Assembly: GCA_025839675.1 (NCBI GenBank)
Contig: CP104013.1
Span: forward strand, 2,310,001 to 2,342,000
DNA from: Candidatus Lokiarchaeum ossiferum
Lineage (GTDB): Archaea; Asgardarchaeota; Lokiarchaeia; Sigyniarchaeales; Promethearchaeaceae
DNA: 32,000 nucleotides
Direction: 5' to 3'
Shown here piece after piece: positions 26,717 to 32,000 of this stretch; positions within the stretch are counted from its first letter, which is position 1, and each line of letters starts with the position of its first letter. The notes under the pieces were generated by a model, which was not told the origin of the DNA, ran no database searches, and saw nothing but the letters and a program-made list of their open reading frames with translations. The translations under genes were made by a program, and so were the position numbers.

Positions 26717-26887
26717 TTAAATGAGAATTTCTGATTCATCAGCTATCACATCTAAAAACAAGTCCAACACTTCCTGAGATACTTCCGGATCATCAACAAA
26801 TTGGTGAGATTTGAGTACTTCAAAGTAGCTAAGGTATGTGGAGGGTGTCGGTAAATAGATATTGTAGTCAATAGTTATCTCAGGCAT
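26717..26887 (-). CDS. small acidic protein (56 aa), family member 2
   Basis: Not in the track. MPEITIDYNIYLPTPSTYLSYFEVLKSHQFVDDPEVSQEVLDLFLDVIADESEILI, ATG..TAA. Paralog of 26279-26452. Confidence 0.55.
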   Translation of the reverse strand: MPEITIDYNIYLPTPSTYLSYFEVLKSHQFVDDPEVSQEVLDLFLDVIADESEILI

Positions 26888-27309
26888 AGTTGATCATGTT
26901 TTTAGAGTGAATTGGGTGTGTGTGTGATTAAAATTTCTTTTAACTAAGTATTATATAGTTTTCAACTATATAAATACTTTCATTTTTTTATTATTTTCTT
27001 CAATGCATATTAGTACTAGTTTTTTAGTACTAAATATGTTTAACGACCATCTAACGTGTTTTAATCAGTTTTAATCACTAAAAAAAGAAATTTGCAAATT
27101 TATGAATTTATGAAAATCATTTGTATTACTTTTATTATTTACAATTCAAAAAGCTGAAAATTCAAAAATGAACTATTACTTGTGAGAATGTAAAATAATT
27201 ATTTATCAATAGAATGCAACAATAGGAGATTGATGACCCAATTTTTCTCTCCCTTTGCTTCTAATGTTATTTTTCCTAAAGATGACTAACTTCCACATGC
27301 CAAACCAGA

Positions 27310-28031
27310 ATGATTCCACATAAAAACCTACCAAAGAATTCAATCATATTATGCCTCCTTAGTTTCACAGTAACATGTTATGAAGCTTCCCCCGTAGCCC
27401 AAAAAAAATTGAAACAGGTATGGATGCAGTCACCCTTCTTTTCCCATCTCATGGAATCAGATCATTACCCAAAGCCAAGAAAATGATGACTCGTATGAAT
27501 ATCCATGAACTACTGCGAGCAATCCGTTCAAAAATACAAAAGCCCGTACAATATACAAACACGTTTATATTTATGAACAATCAATGAAAGGTGTAGTTCC
27601 CATTCGGATGGCCGAAGAAGAGTTGGTTGATGGATGTACAACGACTGTTCCTACGATAAAATTCCCTTTTAAAGAGATTTTTGCAGCTAAATTTTTAGGA
27701 TGGTGGGATATCAATCAAAAAAGAATGAGAAACTCTCTTTCTTTAATTAATCTTATTCCTTTGTTATACAAAATCAGTTCGTCAACTCTACCGCTTGGCA
27801 AAATTAGTTGCAAGAGATCTCGATAAAATTCAATTTCCGATCTTAGAATCTCATTCTCAAAAGGACCATGATATCGATCCCATAATTACACAATGGATTT
27901 CAGATGCAACAAGAGGAACAGTTGAAATTTGGTGGTTCAATGAATCAGGTCACACCATGCCTTTAGATGTACAAGGTGCCGAAATTTGTGAAGCAATTGC
28001 TCCATTTCTGAAGAAATTTGCAATGGGTTAA
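27310..28031 (+). pseudogene. decayed alpha/beta-hydrolase (carboxylesterase / monoacylglycerol-lipase-like) pseudogene
   Basis: Pieces in three frames are collinear with Est/YvaK-type esterases. MIPHKNLPKNSIILCLLSFTV matches the HGFTG block, now degenerate. GMDAVTLLFPSHGI matches the YAPxxxGHG block. FIFMNNQ-stop sits where the GxSxG elbow should be. GVVPIRMAEEELVDGCTTTVP follows. Track ORF 27795-28031 carries the C-terminal FPIL..D..SGH block. Confidence 0.6.
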
Positions 28032-28143
28032 ATCTTCGTTTTTAAAACAGAATATAGTGGATACGAATTAGAAAACTTCCATCTCTTCTATTGCTATAAT
28101 TATTAACAAAATCTTTTTTAATTTACAAGATCTATGATTTATA

Positions 28144-29184
28144 ATGCTCTTTCAATTGGAATTTAATCCCTTATTCTACGTAATTCTTGAATTAGGGATT
28201 TTTCTATTAAGTTTTGGGTTCGCTATTGTTGGGGCATTGAAAGTCAAAAAACAAAAGCAAATTTTTAAACTAATTGCGCTGTTATTTTTACTAACTTATA
28301 GTGCTTCGATATTTGTTAGCACCATGATGCGCTACATCCGATACTCAATTGCGATTAATCCATCTTCTATCTATGCCACTAATACTAATTATATTTATTT
28401 ATTGTTAAAAGAAGCCCGATTAAAATATATACTTATTCTATCAGCCAATTTACTCTATTTCATATTTTTCCATTACTATTTATCCCGCCCTCAATCGTTT
28501 GTCTTTCATTTTGGAATAAATATTAGTTCCATTACAATAGTCCTCCATTTTATTCCTTTATTCAGCGAATATTACAAACTATTCCTCAGAATACTTATGT
28601 TCATACAAACTGCTTCCTTAATTCTTCCCATTCTAATAACATCGGTGAAGCTGAAATCAAAAATGCATAACAAACCAAAAAAAGTAGTTCAATCGATTTT
28701 TCTAATTTCTTTATCTTTAATTTCACTTTTAGGGGTAGGTTTACTTGATGCCATCGTGAGTATCATTTTTTCTTGGGAATTTTCCGTATTTTATTATATT
28801 GCTTGGTTACTCGTGTTATTTGCGGAGTTTTTCTTTTTATTCCAGTTTATATTAACCGATTGGAACGAAACTTACACAAACATCTCAAAACAAAATTTAT
28901 ATTTGAATTTTTCGACCAATAAAAATGATCAAATCTTGATGGATTCAAGTTCTCCAATTTCAAAGTATATTTGGATAACGTGTCCAAAATGCAAGGAAAT
29001 GACATTATACCCAATATCAATGTCAACTCGAAAGATAATTAAAACAAATCCATCCGGAATTTCTTCGCTAATGATTCCTCGAGAATATACTTGCGAGCAC
29101 GAATATTTAATTTATATCGATCGGGAGTTCCAAGTCCGATCATATCACGTTCCAAATATCACATTTGACAAAAAGAAGGAGTGA
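28144..29184 (+). CDS. 7-TM membrane protein with C-terminal C2-CH zinc-ribbon module
   Basis: Seven hydrophobic helices by eye (aa 1-245), then ITCPKC (aa 280-283) .. CEH (aa 317-319) YLIYIDREFQVRSY. This is homologous to the N-terminus of 15944-17020. Confidence 0.7.
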   Translation: MLFQLEFNPLFYVILELGIFLLSFGFAIVGALKVKKQKQIFKLIALLFLLTYSASIFVSTMMRYIRYSIAINPSSIYATNTNYIYLLLKEARLKYILILSANLLYFIFFHYYLSRPQSFVFHFGINISSITIVLHFIPLFSEYYKLFLRILMFIQTASLILPILITSVKLKSKMHNKPKKVVQSIFLISLSLISLLGVGLLDAIVSIIFSWEFSVFYYIAWLLVLFAEFFFLFQFILTDWNETYTNISKQNLYLNFSTNKNDQILMDSSSPISKYIWITCPKCKEMTLYPISMSTRKIIKTNPSGISSLMIPREYTCEHEYLIYIDREFQVRSYHVPNITFDKKKE

Positions 29185-29191
29185 AAAAAAT

Positions 29192-29374
29192 TTAGGGGAC
29201 TATTTTTTCAACCCCATATTGGGATAGCCAAGATCTTAACTCCTGTAATTTCAATCTTTTAATATACCGATCCACAGGATCTACAACGGCGCTAAATTTT
29301 TGGAGTAAAGTATCAAATTCACGATTTTTTTCATCAATTTGTGATGTAAATTTGGTTTTTTTTTCATTTTCCAT
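29192..29374 (-). CDS. hypothetical small helical protein
   Basis: 60-aa ATG..TAA ORF, charged and helical in character, convergent with the previous gene. No other support. Confidence 0.3.
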   Translation of the reverse strand: MENEKKTKFTSQIDEKNREFDTLLQKFSAVVDPVDRYIKRLKLQELRSWLSQYGVEKIVP

Positions 29375-29565
29375 ATTTAAAATACCCTCCGAAATGTATC
29401 TTAGTTGATAAAAATGGAGTGTAATTATGATAGAAAACTCTAGCTATATAAATTCGAATGGAAGTCTTAGTCAGAAAAAACCAAATGAAGTCGTAAAAAT
29501 CATGGCAAGGAAAAGAGGATGCTTAATTGAAAAAACAATTAAAAGGTATAAATTGAAATTAAATT

Positions 29566-30216
29566 ATGGAAGAATCTACCTCAATTAATATAAAACGCAT
29601 TAAATATTTGATTTACGCTATCAACATCACGTTTTCACTAACCATTATTTTAGCTTGGATCTTTTATCCGGATACTTATCGCTTTTTTTTTCACTACATT
29701 AGTGAACTTGGGTCCACTACCACAAAATTGGGGACTCCGAATCGCACATCGCAAATCATTTTCACTATAGGAACGATTGTGTCTGGTACAATGGCAATAT
29801 TGATGGCAGAAGAATACTTGAAACTAAAAAATCGAAATCCTTTAAACATTCTTAAGGGTATTTCGCTAATTATTGTCTATTTGGGTGCATTAACAACCAT
29901 TTTTTCCTATGATGTCCCCGCTTTCGAATATGTTCACCGCTTTGGGGCAGGCTTTTTTGTCCTAATGTTATTTATTTATAATGCCCTTTGTCAATTTCTG
30001 AGGTATCAAAATGGAACAAATAAAATTAGTGTAGATACTCAAGAGAGTCGAAATATGACAGGGGATAAAATCTTTCTATTATTTATTCTCTTGTGTTTCG
30101 TGGCCTATTTCCTTGTGGCAATCATCGGATTGGAAGATTACCAACCAATGATTCAAAAAATTGTTTTGATCGTGATTCTCATCAGTAATTTCATTCTCGA
30201 TGATGAGGATTATTAA
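29566..30216 (+). CDS. 6-TM membrane protein (DUF998-like, tentative)
   Basis: 216-aa ORF with six hydrophobic helices. The YISELGSTTTKLGTPNRTSQIIFTIGTIVSG segment resembles the DUF998 S-x-L-G motif region. Confidence 0.5.
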   Translation: MEESTSINIKRIKYLIYAINITFSLTIILAWIFYPDTYRFFFHYISELGSTTTKLGTPNRTSQIIFTIGTIVSGTMAILMAEEYLKLKNRNPLNILKGISLIIVYLGALTTIFSYDVPAFEYVHRFGAGFFVLMLFIYNALCQFLRYQNGTNKISVDTQESRNMTGDKIFLLFILLCFVAYFLVAIIGLEDYQPMIQKIVLIVILISNFILDDEDY

Positions 30217-30275
30217 AACAAATACATCATTTTTTATTTTTAAATATTATCTGGTTCTTAAAATGGAAAAAAAAT

Positions 30276-30500
30276 TTAGATGTAGAGACTTTTTGATGGA
30301 GTATCCAATTCTTTGATTAGTTCCTCTAAGTATTGTGCTTCTTCTTCGGTTAAAGCGAGGTCGTCTGTTTCATTTCTAAATTCTTTTTCTTCATTTAAGT
30401 TCAATTCGCCATGCATGAGATCGATGTAAGTTTCGATAGTATGCATTGAAGGAACAAATTTATCGAAATCAACAACAATTGTGGGTTTAGGATTAACCAT
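30276..30500 (-). CDS. small acidic protein (74 aa), distant member of the 26279/26717 family
   Basis: PTIVVDFDKFVPSMHTIETYIDLMHGE aligns with EITIDYNIYLPTPSTYLSYFEVLKSH, and YLEELIKELD aligns with FLETFVEELD. It lies downstream of, and on the same strand as, 30601-31554. Confidence 0.55.
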   Translation of the reverse strand: MVNPKPTIVVDFDKFVPSMHTIETYIDLMHGELNLNEEKEFRNETDDLALTEEEAQYLEELIKELDTPSKSLYI

Positions 30501-30600
30501 TGGTTTTCAAAATAATAGAGTAAATGCAACTATGTAAAAAAAATCGAGCCCATTATTTGTCATTAATTTCTCCGCAGATGATCATTTATATAGACCACCT

Positions 30601-31554
30601 TTAAATTTGAAGTTCCAAATACCGAACAAATAAGATGAAAAGGCTAAAAACAGAAAATCCTAAGAGGAAATAAAATGGTTTACCTTTTTCTTTTTCGGGA
30701 ATAACTTCTCTGACAATTGTATATAAAATAACCCCTGAGATAAAGGAAAAAAGGATGTATAGAAATTCTAAATTTAGTGAAAAAGCCAGATCAATGACAA
30801 TACCTGAGACTACACCCGTTATTGCTGAGGAAGCTAAAATATATTTACGTTTTCCACTTTGTCCCACAATAATTTCGATATCCAAATCTGAAAAAATGAC
30901 TTGTTTTCCCTCCCGTTTAGAAACTACGGCCATAAAAAAGGCAAACAGGAAAAATAGTATTCCAGATAGAAGATCTACCAACAATAATCCGATTATAATG
31001 AGCCCTATTAAGAAATGATAAAAATATCCTGTAAAAAACTGCAACTCATCCCAATCTTTGTTAATATGATCATGAATTTTTATTTTAGTTGTTTGAATTT
31101 CTGAGCGGATTTGATTTTCTTGAATTTTCAAAGCTTTAGTTGTTTTAGCTAACTCACGCAAAGCATCTGTATGTAGTTCTTCTTCATTTAGTTCATTATT
31201 AATGATGTCATGAATATTATCTTCAACTAATTCCAAAGATTTTTCCTTTTGTACTAATTCCCGAACACGATGTTGGGACTTATATTCAACCCGTTGAAGA
31301 ATTAACTTTTCAGAGATATGAATGAAGGTGAACCCAAGTAACACGAAGAAGTATTCAAACGCGGTTAAATGCAATGGATATACTGGAAGACCTGCCGAAA
31401 TTTCTGGAAGAACGACTTGGAAGAAATATGCAATGGAAATACCTGCAATAAGAGATTTATGAATCCGAACATGATGATGATAAAAATCAACTAAATAAAA
31501 CAACACTCCAAATACTACCGCTAATATCGTAGGAACAATCCATTCTGTAGCCAT
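30601..31554 (-). CDS. membrane protein with central coiled-coil insert
   Basis: N-terminal TMs with a HHHVRIH cluster, a ~70-aa charged helical segment (KSLELVEDNIHDIINNELNEEELHTDALRELAKTTKALKIQENQIRSEIQTTKIK), then 4 C-terminal TMs. ATG at 31554; the track start at 31563 is TTG. Confidence 0.6.
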   Translation of the reverse strand: MATEWIVPTILAVVFGVLFYLVDFYHHHVRIHKSLIAGISIAYFFQVVLPEISAGLPVYPLHLTAFEYFFVLLGFTFIHISEKLILQRVEYKSQHRVRELVQKEKSLELVEDNIHDIINNELNEEELHTDALRELAKTTKALKIQENQIRSEIQTTKIKIHDHINKDWDELQFFTGYFYHFLIGLIIIGLLLVDLLSGILFFLFAFFMAVVSKREGKQVIFSDLDIEIIVGQSGKRKYILASSAITGVVSGIVIDLAFSLNLEFLYILFSFISGVILYTIVREVIPEKEKGKPFYFLLGFSVFSLFILFVRYLELQI

Positions 31555-31608
31555 GTTTCTCAAAGCTAATAGACCTTTTTAGGCTAAAAAATCAATGGTT
31601 ACTCGAAG

Positions 31609-32000
31609 GTGTTTTCCTTGGAATTCAACATTGAAACGTTTTTGAATGATTCACATAATTCGTCTTTTATTTTCTATCCACAAAAAATCAAAAAACCAAC
31701 GGAATTAGACCCAGATTGTTCCATTTTAGAGATAACAATGAAGGATGGAATTTCTATTGGTGGATTATTTTATTTAGGAGAGTCTTCACAACCCACACTC
31801 TTGATGTTCCATGGAAATGGAGAAATTGCAATGGAATATGAGGATATTATAGATCGGTATTTAAAATGTGGAGTTAACTGCGCCATCATGGATTTTCGAG
31901 GTTATGGATTTAGCGATGGAAGGCCAACTTATCTGAAATTAATCCAAGATTCATTACCAATTTATAAAAATATTTCTCAATGGCTTCAGAACCATAAATA
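31609..32000 (+). CDS. alpha/beta hydrolase (BEM46/ABHD13-like), 3'-truncated by the window edge
   Basis: The frame is open from 31588 to the window end: ..SSFIFYPQKIKKPTELDPDCSILEITMKDGISIGGLFYLGESSQPTLLMFHGNGEIAMEYEDII..AIMDFRGYGFSDGRPT... This is the typical HGNxG..D[YF]RGYG.S.G N-terminal half. The start is uncertain (GTG 31609, TTG 31618 or ATG 31738). Confidence 0.75.
   Translation, partial: MFSLEFNIETFLNDSHNSSFIFYPQKIKKPTELDPDCSILEITMKDGISIGGLFYLGESSQPTLLMFHGNGEIAMEYEDIIDRYLKCGVNCAIMDFRGYGFSDGRPTYLKLIQDSLPIYKNISQWLQNHK

Noticed and set aside
26436-26720. 94-aa plus-strand track ORF spanning the AT-rich spacer and GC-rich island copy 2
   Set aside because: The N-terminal half is low-complexity AT-rich translation (IIINGSNFYYIIYNISI). 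It runs antisense to the promoter and 3' region of the paralogous small ORFs. The homologous island copy 1 has no equivalent plus-strand ORF, so it looks like a chance ORF.
27058-27077. Short tandem repeats as a CRISPR array
   Set aside because: There are only two adjacent 10-nt copies with no spacers, and no repeat-spacer periodicity anywhere in the window.
27584-28031. Two overlapping track ORFs (80 aa and 78 aa) as separate small genes
   Set aside because: Both are collinear pieces of one alpha/beta-hydrolase reading in different frames, so they are better explained as a frameshifted pseudogene.

Overview
AT-rich (about 30% GC by eye) archaeal chromosomal segment with long AT-rich spacers. 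It carries a canonical archaeal/eukaryote-type EF-1alpha (19850-21181, -), a histone-fold protein with a Lys/Ala/Pro-rich N-terminal tail (25717-25983, +), and many TPR, zinc-ribbon and lineage-specific membrane proteins. This fits an Asgard (Lokiarchaeia-like) genome, but that placement is inference. Recognisable genes: a fused DsrE-like protein next to a TusA-like protein, an ArsR/FilR1-type regulator, DinB-like and DUF2785-like proteins, two tandem MFS paralogs, an ABC-2 exporter pair, an APH-type kinase, an LVIVD-repeat protein, two large TPR proteins, an RHH/wHTH DNA-binding protein, and a partial BEM46-like alpha/beta hydrolase at the right edge. I recognised no rRNA, tRNA, CRISPR array, transposase or integrase. 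There is a lot of gene debris: a GNAT gene with one in-frame TAG, a decayed esterase, and a chimeric fragment joining the 3' end of EF-1alpha to the 3' third of the LVIVD gene. The most interesting unexplained structure is a duplicated module at 26.08-26.89 kb. Each copy has a small acidic ORF below the ORF-track cutoff, then its stop codon, then a ~60-codon in-frame open stretch running through the only GC-rich, hairpin-forming islands in the window. A second candidate novelty is a C2-CH zinc-ribbon module shared by a soluble protein (with a DENN-like motif block) and a 7TM protein. All domain calls come from motif recognition by eye; no searches or computations were run.
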